A stretch of DNA of 64,000 nt from an uncultured Candidatus Binatia bacterium (GTDB lineage Bacteria > Desulfobacterota > Binatia > Bin18): assembly GCA_965200965.1 (NCBI GenBank), contig OZ241744.1:2720001-2784000 (forward strand), in the 5' to 3' direction. The notes under the pieces were generated by a model. It ran no database searches. It saw only the letters and a program-made list of their open reading frames with translations, and was not told the DNA's origin. A program made the translations under genes and the position numbers. Below are positions 1 to 9,092 of this stretch, one piece after another (the stretch's first letter is position 1; each line of letters starts with the position of its first letter).

Positions 1-711
1 AAGGGAGTGCCCGTGCGTAGCCTCTACCAGTTTCGCGTACTGCTGAAGTTTTGCGATGAGATCGGGTTCCATCTTGCCGAGGAATTTTACTGGTATAATC
101 CCTCTAAGCTGCCAAGCCCCATTGAGTGGGTGAACAAGCGAAAGATTCGGGCAAAGGACGCGGTCAACACGATCTGGTGGCTGTCCAAAACCCCCTGGCC
201 GAAAGCGAATATCTCAAACGTCCTCGCCCCGTACTCGGACAGGATGAAGCAACTGATTAAGGCCCCCGACAAGTTTTACCAGCCCAAGCTGCGGCCGTCC
301 GGGCATGACATCAGCAAGAGATTTGCGAAAGATAATGGGGGCGCGATACCGTCTAATCTGCTGTCCTTTCCTAACTCGGAGTCGAATGGGCATTACTTGG
401 CCCGCTGCAAGGCGGTCGGATCGAAGGGGCATCCCGCACGCTTCCCCGCCAAACTGCCCGAGTTCTTCATCCGGTTCCTGACAGACCCCGGCGATATGGT
501 GCTCGACATCTTCGCCGGGTCGAATACGACTGGTGAGGTCGCAGAACGAGAGGGACGGCGTTGGATGGCATTTGAGGAACGGCGCGACTATGTTGCCGCG
601 GCCGCAGTCAGGTTTCTCGAAGAGGAGGACGACTTGTCAGATGTGTTTACGCGTATCCAGAGCGGCGATCATGTCGTCTTAGCGAACCGGCAACGGCGGA
701 GGAGTCACTAA
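1..711 (+). CDS. Site-specific DNA methyltransferase, N4-cytosine/N6-adenine beta class (M.PvuII-like), 5'-truncated by window edge
   Basis: HPARFP motif and C-terminal SAM-binding motif VLDIFAGSNTTG; WYNPSKLPSPIEW typical of PvuII-like MTases. Confidence 0.85.
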   Translation, partial: KGVPVRSLYQFRVLLKFCDEIGFHLAEEFYWYNPSKLPSPIEWVNKRKIRAKDAVNTIWWLSKTPWPKANISNVLAPYSDRMKQLIKAPDKFYQPKLRPSGHDISKRFAKDNGGAIPSNLLSFPNSESNGHYLARCKAVGSKGHPARFPAKLPEFFIRFLTDPGDMVLDIFAGSNTTGEVAEREGRRWMAFEERRDYVAAAAVRFLEEEDDLSDVFTRIQSGDHVVLANRQRRRSH

Positions 712-776
712 GTTTGTGCTCTTGCCGTGGGTGCGAAAGTGGATTAGGCAGGAGGGGATATGAACAGGGAGTCATC

Positions 777-1445
777 ATGAATCTTCTTCACACCGTATAC
801 GAGCCGTCGGGCGATGGGCCACACCCGACCCTGCTGACCCTGCATGGCTGGGGCGCGAATGCGCTTGACCTCCTGGGCCTGGCCCCCCATCTGTGCGGTG
901 GCGCGTTTCTGGTCATCTGCCCCCAAGGCCCGATCCGGGTTCCCCTTGGCGGCGCAACGGTCGGCTACGGCTGGTTTCCCATTACCGGTGCCGGGCCGGT
1001 CAATGTGCCGGCTGTCCTTGAGGCCCGGGAGCAGGTCGAGGCGTTTCTGGCCGACGCGCTCCAACGCTATCCCATCGATCAAAAAAAGCTGGCTCTGCTC
1101 GGCTTCAGTCAAGGCGGGGTCATGGCCTACGGCCTGGGCCTGGGTGAGCCTGAACGCTACGCCGGCTTAGCCGCCCTGAGTTCGTGGTTGCCCAAAGACC
1201 TGCTGAGCATCTTTCCTGATGTCCCGGCCACCGAACAGCTGCCCGTCCTTGTCCAGCACGGCAGTCAGGACGAGCTGGTTGACGCCGGCCGCGCCCGCCA
1301 GTCGGTTGAACTCCTGCGCAACGTGCGGGTCCCTCTCACCTACCGCGAGTATGAGATGGGACATCAGATCAACGCTGAGAGCCTGCGCGACCTCTCGAAC
1401 TGGCTGCAAGAAAAGGTCGTATCGCCGATTCAACTGTCCTCCTGA
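777..1445 (+). CDS. Phospholipase/carboxylesterase (alpha/beta hydrolase)
   Basis: LHGWG, GFSQG nucleophile elbow, HGSQD and MGH triad motifs; ATG 777 after AGGGAG. Confidence 0.85.
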   Translation: MNLLHTVYEPSGDGPHPTLLTLHGWGANALDLLGLAPHLCGGAFLVICPQGPIRVPLGGATVGYGWFPITGAGPVNVPAVLEAREQVEAFLADALQRYPIDQKKLALLGFSQGGVMAYGLGLGEPERYAGLAALSSWLPKDLLSIFPDVPATEQLPVLVQHGSQDELVDAGRARQSVELLRNVRVPLTYREYEMGHQINAESLRDLSNWLQEKVVSPIQLSS

Positions 1446-2371
1446 GCCAGGAAATGTCTGAGTTCGCGCACAAACAACTCAAGCTGATCGTGATGCACCC
1501 AGTGACCGGCGTTGGGGATGGTCACGATGGTGGGCTGTCGAAAGACATTGGCCCGGCCGTCTTTTTCCGGGTCTGAGGCCCACGAGTCGGCCCCCCGCAG
1601 GAGCAGGGTTGGGCAGTCAATGCGCCCCCAGATATCCTGGGCATCGCTCACATTAAACCGATAGGGCGACTGGGCGCGCACATAGTTATCGAACTTCCAG
1701 GTATATGTGCCATCCTCATTCCGATTGGCCCCGTACAGGGTCAGATGATGGGCCTGCTCCTGGCTGAGCCGGGGGTTGGCCTCGCGCATACGCTCGACGG
1801 CCTCCTCCAGGGTTTTGTAGCGCCGCGGCAGCCGACTGGCAAAATCGCGCATCTGCGACACCCACACCCGCATCCGCTCCTGGGCGTTTTTGGGCTGTTC
1901 CGCAAGCATGTGGGGCGGCGGTCCCAGCCCTTCAATGGCGACGACTGTTTTGACCCGGTCGGGGTAGACCCCGGCGTACTGGAGCACAACCCCGCCGCCG
2001 AGCGAGTGGCCGACGAGCGTCACCGGACGGAATGTGTAATCAGATGGAACGGCCGGCGACACGTTCCGTCTTTCCGGAAGCCGGGCGGTCTGGGCCAACA
2101 ACTGGGCGATATCGACCACATGTTCAATCATAGAGTATTCGCTGCCACGCGCCCACTCTGAGTCGCCGTGTCCGCGCAGGTCCGGGGCGATGATGTGATA
2201 GTCCTCCCGAAAGGCTTGGGCGACCCAGTCCCAGTTCCGGCAATGGTCCCGCCCGCCATGAATAAGCGCCATCAGCGGCTTGTCTGGATTGCCCCAGTCA
2301 ACGTAGTGGAGTTTGAGGCGTTGGGAATAGAAGTAGTGTGAAGTCGGTCCGATAATCTGTTGCCCCGGCAT
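1430..2371 (-). CDS. Alpha/beta fold hydrolase
   Basis: IHGG, DLRGHGDS, GHSLGG, AGHWVH motifs; start chosen at MPGQQ. Confidence 0.85.
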   Translation of the reverse strand: MPGQQIIGPTSHYFYSQRLKLHYVDWGNPDKPLMALIHGGRDHCRNWDWVAQAFREDYHIIAPDLRGHGDSEWARGSEYSMIEHVVDIAQLLAQTARLPERRNVSPAVPSDYTFRPVTLVGHSLGGGVVLQYAGVYPDRVKTVVAIEGLGPPPHMLAEQPKNAQERMRVWVSQMRDFASRLPRRYKTLEEAVERMREANPRLSQEQAHHLTLYGANRNEDGTYTWKFDNYVRAQSPYRFNVSDAQDIWGRIDCPTLLLRGADSWASDPEKDGRANVFRQPTIVTIPNAGHWVHHDQLELFVRELRHFLAQEDS

Positions 2372-2552
2372 AGCGCTTTCTCTCTGGCCCGGATTGTAGA
2401 CAGGGACAAGGCTCTTCCGCAACGGGCAGAGATCACGAAACGACGGACAAGGAATGGTTTTTCCTGGCATTTCTGCGATAATACGCCCGTGCGGCGTTCG
2501 CACTGGGCCGCCCGACGGACAGGGTGCGACTATGGCAATTCCAGGTGAACAC

Positions 2553-3224
2553 ATGTGTACCACGGAGACAAAGGTATTCCCCTTGGAAGAGGAGTTTGAG
2601 CGACGCTATGAGGCCATGCCCACGGTGAAGAAGGCGGAACTGATTAGCGGAGTGGTATGCCGGGGCTCACCTGTTCGCTTCGAGAACCACGGCTCACCTC
2701 ACGCCGAGTTGCTGCCCTGGTTGGGGACGTATCGCGCGTTTACCCCCGGAGCCCGGCTGGGGGATAATGCGACCGTGCGGCTGGGTCTGGAGAGCGAGTT
2801 GCAGCCGGATGCCTTGCTGTGCATCGCCGTCGAGGCCGGTGGCAATTCGCGGATCAGTGAAGACGATTATGTGGAAGGCGCTCCTGAGCTGGTTGCCAAA
2901 ATCGCGGCTGGTAGTGCGTCGTATGATTTGCATGAGAAGATGGGCGTCTATCGCCGCAACGGGGTGCAGGAGTATCTGGTCTGTCGGGTAGATGATGGGC
3001 AGATTGACTGGTTCGTCCTCCAGGTCGGGATGTATACCAGACTGACGCCCGATGACGCTGGCGTTCTCTCCAGCCGGGTGTTTCCGAGCCTGTGTCCGGC
3101 CCGGTCGGCCCTGCTGGCGGGTGACATGGCTCGGGTCGTGCCCGAGTTGCAGAAAGGGCTGGGAAGGGCTGAGCACACCGGGTTTGTTGCCCGGCTGCGA
3201 CAGGCCGGACGGACGGAACATTGA
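2553..3224 (+). CDS. Uma2 (DUF820) family endonuclease-like protein, possibly degenerate
   Basis: EEFERRYEAMP..KKAELI.GVV, QPD, EGAPELVA, YRRNGVQEYLV; usual ExxS Glu reads K (VAKIA); start uncertain. Confidence 0.75.
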   Translation: MCTTETKVFPLEEEFERRYEAMPTVKKAELISGVVCRGSPVRFENHGSPHAELLPWLGTYRAFTPGARLGDNATVRLGLESELQPDALLCIAVEAGGNSRISEDDYVEGAPELVAKIAAGSASYDLHEKMGVYRRNGVQEYLVCRVDDGQIDWFVLQVGMYTRLTPDDAGVLSSRVFPSLCPARSALLAGDMARVVPELQKGLGRAEHTGFVARLRQAGRTEH

Positions 3225-3233
3225 ACCGACGCC

Positions 3234-4253
3234 ATGCTGGAAGTATTCATCCTCCTCAAACGCTTTGCCCAGACGCTCCGCAAGGACCGGCTGGACCGCG
3301 TTCTGCTCGCCCTGGTCATAATCACCCTGGCCGGAATGCTGGGCATTACCTACTTTGACTCGCTGCCGCTGGCCGACTCGCTGTGGTGGACGATTGTCAC
3401 CATTACCACCGTTGGCTATGGAGATATCTATCCGGCCTCTGTGGGCGGCAGGGTGGTCGGAGTGTTGCTGATGCTGTTCGGCATCGGCTTTCTGGGCCTG
3501 CTGACGGCGACCCTGGCCAGCAGCTTTGTTGAGGAACGACGGCAGGAGGAAAAAGGCGTGAATCCGGTACATGTCACACAGCATCTGCTGCTGTGCGGCT
3601 GGAGCCATAAGGCCGGGAAAATTATTGAAGAGATTCAGGCCGACGCCGCGGCCGATATCAGCGTGGTGGTCGTGATCGCCGACCTGGCGGAAAAACCGCT
3701 GGACGACGACCGGGTGTATTTTGTGCGGGGGCCAATCACCCAGGCAGCCCTGGAGAAGGCCAACGCCCGGTACGCCCGGGCGGCCATTGTCATGGCCGAT
3801 ACAAGCCTTGAACCCCATACCCAGGACGCCAAGACCATTCTCAATACGCTGACGATCAAGTCCACCTACCCGGACCTGTATACCACGGTTGAGCTGGTGG
3901 ACCGGGACAATGTTGAACACTGCCGGCTGACCAAGGCCGACGAGATTATTATTTCGGGCGAGATGAGCACCAATCTGCTGGTCCGGTCCAGCCTTGACCA
4001 CGGGGTGACACAGATTATTACCGAGTTGGTGAGCAGCCGGTTTGGGAGTGAAATCTATAAGATCGCACCGCCCCGGGACTGCCTTGGCCGGCCTTTCCTC
4101 GAGGCCCTGACCCGGCTCAAGACCGACCGCAATATCATCGCACTGGCGGTGGAGAGTGCCGCGCAAGGCCGCTTTCTTGCCAATCCGCCGAATAGCTATA
4201 TAATTGACACTGGCGATCGGCTCATTGTGGTTGGCAAAGATCGCCAAGCTTAG
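3234..4253 (+). CDS. Potassium channel (2-TM pore + RCK/TrkA domains)
   Basis: TTVGYGD selectivity filter; HLLLCGW Rossmann start of RCK. Confidence 0.9.
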   Translation: MLEVFILLKRFAQTLRKDRLDRVLLALVIITLAGMLGITYFDSLPLADSLWWTIVTITTVGYGDIYPASVGGRVVGVLLMLFGIGFLGLLTATLASSFVEERRQEEKGVNPVHVTQHLLLCGWSHKAGKIIEEIQADAAADISVVVVIADLAEKPLDDDRVYFVRGPITQAALEKANARYARAAIVMADTSLEPHTQDAKTILNTLTIKSTYPDLYTTVELVDRDNVEHCRLTKADEIIISGEMSTNLLVRSSLDHGVTQIITELVSSRFGSEIYKIAPPRDCLGRPFLEALTRLKTDRNIIALAVESAAQGRFLANPPNSYIIDTGDRLIVVGKDRQA

Positions 4254-4261
4254 GAGGAGAC

Positions 4262-4660
4262 ATGCCCGCAGACTATTTCGAGACGGTCAAGACCTTTCTG
4301 CTGGACTTAGGCTACGCGATTACCGAAGAGGACCCGGCCCAGGAGTTGGTGGTTGTCCAGGATGGAGAGAACGGCATTACCAATCTGATTGTGGACTGTG
4401 AAGACCCGATCCTCATCCTGGAGCAGATGATCCTGCCGGTGCCGAACAACCCGGGCCAGATGTTCCGGCGCCTGCTGCAAATGAACCGGACCCTGGTCCA
4501 CGGCGCGTTTGTGTTGAACGAAGCCGGTACGCTGGTCTTGTTTCGAGACACCTTGCGGCTGGAGAACCTGGACCTGAACGAACTCGAAGGCTCTATCGAA
4601 GCGCTCAGCTTGGCCCTGGCCGAAAACGCCGAGGAGTTGCTGGCCTTCAGCAAACAATAA
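4262..4660 (+). CDS. YbjN/CesT-like chaperone-fold protein
   Basis: LLQMNRTLVHGAFVL..FRDTL..ENLD motif; position directly before PspA. Confidence 0.7.
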   Translation: MPADYFETVKTFLLDLGYAITEEDPAQELVVVQDGENGITNLIVDCEDPILILEQMILPVPNNPGQMFRRLLQMNRTLVHGAFVLNEAGTLVLFRDTLRLENLDLNELEGSIEALSLALAENAEELLAFSKQ

Positions 4661-4672
4661 GGAGGAACCCCT

Positions 4673-5389
4673 ATGGCAAGTGTTTTTCAGCGACTATTCA
4701 AGTTTGGACAATCCGAGGCCCACGCCGTCCTGGACAAATTTGAAGACCCGATCAAAATGACCGAGCAGGGCATCCGTGACCTCAAGCGTGACCTTCAGTC
4801 CAGCATGGGCAGCCTGGCCGAGGTCAAAGCCATTGCCATCCGGCTCAGGCGAGACGCCGATGACAACAAGAGCATGGCCGCCGAGTACGAGCGCAAGGCC
4901 ATGCTGCTGCTCCAGAAGATGCAGAACGGCGCGCTTGACCAGGCCGAAGCCGAGCGTCTGGCCAGCGAAGCCCTGCGGCGCAAAGAAGAGTGTCTGGAAA
5001 AAACCACCCGCAGCCAGCAGGACTGGCAGGCCCAGGACAACATGGCCTCGCAGCTTCAGGGCAAAATCGAGAAGCTCAAGGCCACCGTCTCCAAATATGA
5101 GAACGACCTGGTCACCCTCAAAGCCCGGGCCAAAACAGCGGCGTCAACCAAGAAGATCAACCAGCAACTGTCCAAGATCGACTCATCCGGCACCATTGCC
5201 ATGCTGGAAAAGATGCGCACCAAGGTTGAGGAAGACGAGTCGCTGGCCCAGGCCTACGGCTCTCTGGCCGACGCCGACCAGACCATTGAGGAGGAGATTG
5301 ACACCGCACTGACCTCCAACACCGCGCCGGTGACCAACAACGCCCTGGCCGACCTGAAGGCCAAAATGGGCCTTACCGCCAGCCCATAG
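4673..5389 (+). CDS. PspA/IM30 family protein
   Basis: N-terminal amphipathic helix, EDPIKMTEQ.IRD motif, long coiled coil, C-terminal LADLKAKM. Confidence 0.9.
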   Translation: MASVFQRLFKFGQSEAHAVLDKFEDPIKMTEQGIRDLKRDLQSSMGSLAEVKAIAIRLRRDADDNKSMAAEYERKAMLLLQKMQNGALDQAEAERLASEALRRKEECLEKTTRSQQDWQAQDNMASQLQGKIEKLKATVSKYENDLVTLKARAKTAASTKKINQQLSKIDSSGTIAMLEKMRTKVEEDESLAQAYGSLADADQTIEEEIDTALTSNTAPVTNNALADLKAKMGLTASP

Positions 5390-5402
5390 CAGGAGCACCC
5401 CG

Positions 5403-5948
5403 ATGGCCTTGCGCACCTGGTTGAAGGGATTGTTTGCCGACACAGAGCCGGAGGTGGGCCCGCTCACCCTCTCTCTGGCCGACTTGAAAAAAGGTTATCT
5501 GGTTGATTACGACCTCAAAACCTGGCAGGTCAACAGCCACAACCGCTATGACTTTGACGGCGACCAGGCCCAGGAATGGGAGCTCTTCTCGGGCGATGAC
5601 CGCTGCTATCTCAGCGTTGAGCGGGATGACGAGGACGAGTGGGCAATCAGCCGCAAAATTGCCTTCTCGGCCCTCGACCCGGCGGTCAAAGACCACCTGC
5701 TCCAGCACGACGACCCGCCCCAGACGATTGTCTACGACGGAACCCGCTACCGCCTCGAAGAGAGCGGGGCCGGCCATTTCTTTCCCGATGGCCGGCTCGC
5801 CGGCGACGAGATGATCTACTGGGACTACACCGACGAGACGGGTGAGCAACTGCTGACCATTGAGCAGTGGGACGAGGACGAGTTTGAAGCCTCGGTCGGC
5901 AAGACCGTCAACGAGTACGAGTTTCGTAACATCCTGGCCCCAGCATAA
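5403..5948 (+). CDS. DUF4178-domain protein
   Basis: Acidic beta-rich protein with W..EW and YWDY motifs; follows PspA as in known operons. Confidence 0.7.
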   Translation: MALRTWLKGLFADTEPEVGPLTLSLADLKKGYLVDYDLKTWQVNSHNRYDFDGDQAQEWELFSGDDRCYLSVERDDEDEWAISRKIAFSALDPAVKDHLLQHDDPPQTIVYDGTRYRLEESGAGHFFPDGRLAGDEMIYWDYTDETGEQLLTIEQWDEDEFEASVGKTVNEYEFRNILAPA

Positions 5949-5959
5949 GGAGTGACCGG

Positions 5960-6112
5960 GTGAAGGTCGAAGCGCAACCCAGCCTGCCGTCCGTCGTTCT
6001 GCACTGCGGTCCGCTGCTCCACAAGCTGAACGATCATGAATTCTTCGAGTTTTGCCAGCTCAACTCAGGGTGGCGCAAGGATATGCCGAATGAAGAAGAA
6101 GACCCTGCTTGA
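5960..6112 (+). pseudogene. N-terminal fragment of a Uma2-family gene
   Basis: AAGGAG RBS, GTG, then ...LNDHEFFEFCQLNSGWR (Uma2-like N-terminus); similarity stops at ~6076. Confidence 0.55.
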
Positions 6113-6953
6113 GCGGATTCTATGGCGATTGTGGAGAAAGATCTGTCATATGCGGCAGGTGGCCCTAGCGGCCCTGATTGTCGCCCCGGTCTTGGTGGCC
6201 TTGCAGTGTGTGGGGGTAGTCAAAGCGCAGGTAGGTTTTCCCCAGCACCAGAATCGCGTTGTCCGCTATGTGGACATTACTTGTCTGACCCCTAATGACG
6301 CGGGGACGGAAGCCCTCGCGCTTGAAGCTCTTGGCGGTATGCGTCCGCATGGTGCTACTGTCTTTTTCTATAACCGCCTGACCGGGGTTCGGAAGTACTG
6401 GGTTTTTTATGCCCCCTCCAATGAGTGGATAAAGGGCGTCAGCCGCTACTACGGCTACACTTCACCACTCTTCACAGTCAATTCACCCTACAGACCTCCC
6501 CTCAACATCAATGACCTAACACCTTGTAAAGGAGAGGCAGGCCGAAGCCTGGAAGTCCCTGCTGACGGCTCATTCCAGAGCGGCATGGGCTTCATCTCCG
6601 GCTGGGTCTGTGAGGGGAGCCGTGTTGAACTCCTCATAGACGACACAAGTCGGTTATCCGTTGCCACGGGGATTAGCCGGGATGACACCGAGGCGTTTTG
6701 CGGTCATACCCGTAACGGCTTCATCACGCAATTCAACTGGAACCTGATTGGGGAAGGCCAGCATACCGTCAGTTTGATTGTTGACGGGGAAACGCTTCAA
6801 ACCAACACCTTCACCGTCACCACCTTGGGGGAGGAGTTTGTCCGGGGAGCCTCTGGGGAGTGTACGATTACCGACTTCCCCAGCACGGGGGAAACAGCCA
6901 CCTTCAGGTGGCAAGAACCCGTGCTGGGGCTTGTGTTGACCGAAACTGAATAG
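6090..6953 (+). CDS. Hypothetical exported protein with C-terminal Cys-containing beta domain
   Basis: Hydrophobic signal/TM segment; C-terminal SGMGFISGWVC..R.DT...CG...NGF...FNWNL.G.G.H segment. Confidence 0.6.
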   Translation: MKKKTLLERILWRLWRKICHMRQVALAALIVAPVLVALQCVGVVKAQVGFPQHQNRVVRYVDITCLTPNDAGTEALALEALGGMRPHGATVFFYNRLTGVRKYWVFYAPSNEWIKGVSRYYGYTSPLFTVNSPYRPPLNINDLTPCKGEAGRSLEVPADGSFQSGMGFISGWVCEGSRVELLIDDTSRLSVATGISRDDTEAFCGHTRNGFITQFNWNLIGEGQHTVSLIVDGETLQTNTFTVTTLGEEFVRGASGECTITDFPSTGETATFRWQEPVLGLVLTETE

Positions 6954-6961
6954 GGGGAACT

Positions 6962-7117
6962 ATGACGGATGAACTGGCCAAACTCCGGGCCGAAAATGAG
7001 CGACTCCGGGAGGAACTGGAAATCATGGCCGACGAGGTGGGGAGGTGGGCCGGGGATTTTCAACACCGGGCCAAGCTCTTGCTGGCAACCCTGAACAAGC
7101 CTGCCGAGACCGAGTAG
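6962..7117 (+). CDS. Small hypothetical coiled-coil protein (51 aa)
   Basis: GGGGAA RBS; MTDELAKLRAENERLREELE...; tightly spaced between neighbours; below ORF-track cutoff. Confidence 0.45.
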   Translation: MTDELAKLRAENERLREELEIMADEVGRWAGDFQHRAKLLLATLNKPAETE

Positions 7118-7130
7118 CGGGGGAATCGTC

Positions 7131-7637
7131 ATGACCTGGCTAGCTCTGATTCTGGCCTGCCTCCTGGCGGGATGTACAATGCAGGACTGGCAACCCCCGC
7201 CAGTTGACCCCCCGGATTGGGAAGCTCTCACTAAGGGACAGCCGCCCGGCTTTGTCCTAACGGAGGCGTGTAAGGAGGCCGCCCTTCTCCCCCCGACTCC
7301 AGCCCATCCGGACGGACACTTTCCCAATCTTGAGTGTATGGCTTCCCAACCGAACCTTTCGGAATCAGGCAAGGAAAAGGTAATCGGTCATATGATTGGC
7401 GGACTGGAAAAATACCTTGCCGACAAAATAGAGATGTACAGAAAAAATGCCTTCAGATTAGACGCAATGGGCTTCAATAGTGACGCTGTACGCCGGCAAT
7501 GCGAGGGAGACTTCAGAGTAGTAGCCGAGACCCCACTACAGATTGACTTGTCTGCTTGGCCCCATGAACTGGCAGATAGGCTTGCCGTCAGGACTAGGGA
7601 AACAACTTTGCGGTTTATGCCGCAGTGTTGGTGGTAG
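7131..7637 (+). CDS. Hypothetical lipoprotein
   Basis: Signal peptide with lipobox LAGC. Confidence 0.6.
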   Translation: MTWLALILACLLAGCTMQDWQPPPVDPPDWEALTKGQPPGFVLTEACKEAALLPPTPAHPDGHFPNLECMASQPNLSESGKEKVIGHMIGGLEKYLADKIEMYRKNAFRLDAMGFNSDAVRRQCEGDFRVVAETPLQIDLSAWPHELADRLAVRTRETTLRFMPQCWW

Positions 7638-7646
7638 GGCCGCCAT

Positions 7647-7868
7647 ATGGATTTACTTGTCGGCCTGATTCCTGTCGTCTTCTTGCTCTTCCCCACGATT
7701 TGGCAACTGTCGGCCTAGCTGTGTCAACTGAAAATACTAGGCCGGGTTGTCTTGGTAGCGGCCTGCTGCCTGTTCCTTTGGAACTGGGAGTTTGCGTTTC
7801 CGGTCATCAGCCTACTACTGCGGCTCTTGGGCATTGACCCGAAACCCCAGATTGAGTTTCACCCCTGA
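7647..7868 (+). pseudogene. Small membrane protein interrupted by in-frame TAG (7716-7718)
   Basis: MDLLVGLIPVVFLLFPTIWQLSA*LCQLKILGRVVLVAACCLFLWNWEFAFPVISLLLRLLG...; hydrophobic on both sides of the stop. Confidence 0.4.
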
Positions 7869-7869
7869 C

Positions 7870-7903
7870 CCCGGCCTAGCTTAGGCCGGGCTAGCATAGT
7901 TTT
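7870..7903 (+). terminator. Hairpin after island operon
   Basis: cccggccta-gct-taggccggg stem followed shortly by a T run. Confidence 0.4.
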
Positions 7904-8259
7904 TCAGGAGAAAATTATTAGAGCGTTTATCGCTTCAAAGGCCAAGAAAAAAGATGGCCCTAGTAGGATGCTTGAGGGACCTGTAAAAGTCCGGTATTGG
8001 CCCAAATTGGGCTGAAAAGTCACTCTTGATATCCAGGCAGACTTGCTACACTGAGGGAAGAAGAAAGGAAAAGCCACTTGGCAGGCAAATACCAGGCGGC
8101 TTTGAATTGCCGGGTAATCCAAACCGCCCGGCTGACTCCCAGCAAGTGGAGGTCAGAGCGTTAATAGGAGTAACGCCATGTCCAGCAGTGTAACAGACAA
8201 GCATGGTATAAAGGTGGGGATAGTGCGCCTTGCGTGTCCCTCAGTCAGAACCCCTATTT

Positions 8260-8694
8260 TCAGGGCGTTTGCGGAATCCCCCGGTCTATGAGAGCCGCCA
8301 CCGTATCCCGTATCAGCCCCCGCATTTTTGGCCCGGGTGGAATGAGCAGGCCCCCAAACTCTCCCCATCTTGGGCAGTCTTGCCCCCCTGGTCGGATGTA
8401 GCCGAGTTCTTCCGGGCGCGTCACGTCGCGGCTGACTGTCCGCTCACAACACCCCAAGCCCTTGGCCAGCTTGGCCCGGCCAGGAAAGAACGAGGCTGAA
8501 CCCGTTGTCAGCTACCCCGAGAGCAAAGAAATACTCTGACCGGCGTAGGAGTTTACTGGCATAGCCGGGGATGTACTCGTCGGGCTGGAAAGGTTGGGCA
8601 GCGGTGTTGACAGTGTGGGATTTTGTGGCTGTGAGGAGCATACGCTTTTCCTTTCTGGCAAAGTGGGAATTGCTACATTCCTTTTGCCTTCCAC
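8260..8694 (-). pseudogene. Decayed winged-HTH (phage/plasmid replication-initiator-like) gene
   Basis: Two same-frame ORFs separated by TAG at 8512; FPGRAKLAKGLGCCERTVSRDVTRPEELGYI resembles an HTH_36-type motif. Confidence 0.4.
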
Positions 8695-8713
8695 AGGGGC
8701 AAGGAGTATGAAG

Positions 8714-8757
8714 AAGCCGCCGGGTTGCTAAGCCATGCATTACCGGCGGCTTTTTTT
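8714..8757 (+). terminator. Intrinsic terminator-like hairpin
   Basis: aagccgccgg...ccggcggctt followed by T tract. Confidence 0.4.
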
Positions 8758-8784
8758 GCCCCGTGGGCGGTCTAACCCGGCCAG

Positions 8785-9090
8785 CTAGCGTCGCCTTCAG
8801 ATAGGTGACCAAAAGCGGCTCAATCTCATAACACGTCACGGCAACTGCCTTTGGCTTTTTGCCAACTATACCTGTCCGTTCAAGGACGGCTGCTGAAAGG
8901 GACCCGACCCCAGCCCCGGGGTCGAGTAAGCGGATGTTATTGGAAAACCCCGCAAAGAGGTTCGCCATAAAGCGCCCAATTGGGGCCGGTGTCAGATATT
9001 GTCCCAAGCCCGAGCGCCGTTTTGGTCGAGTTTGAGAGACGCCTCAACGCGGTACAACTCAGCCGTATCGGCCAAGACGGCTTGATGCAT
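8785..9090 (-). pseudogene. Truncated, frameshifted Eco57I/BsuBI-type N6-adenine methyltransferase
   Basis: MHQAVLADTAELYRVEASLKLDQ / RRSGLGQYLTP (frameshift ~9022), LLDPGAGVGSL motif I, YEIE; no NPPY motif follows. Confidence 0.75.
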
Positions 9091-9092
9091 GG

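Noticed and set aside
2694-4247. 517-aa minus-strand ORF (likewise 20194-21615, 36981-38180, 54019-55092)
   Set aside because: Fully antisense to well-supported genes; expected in high-GC DNA
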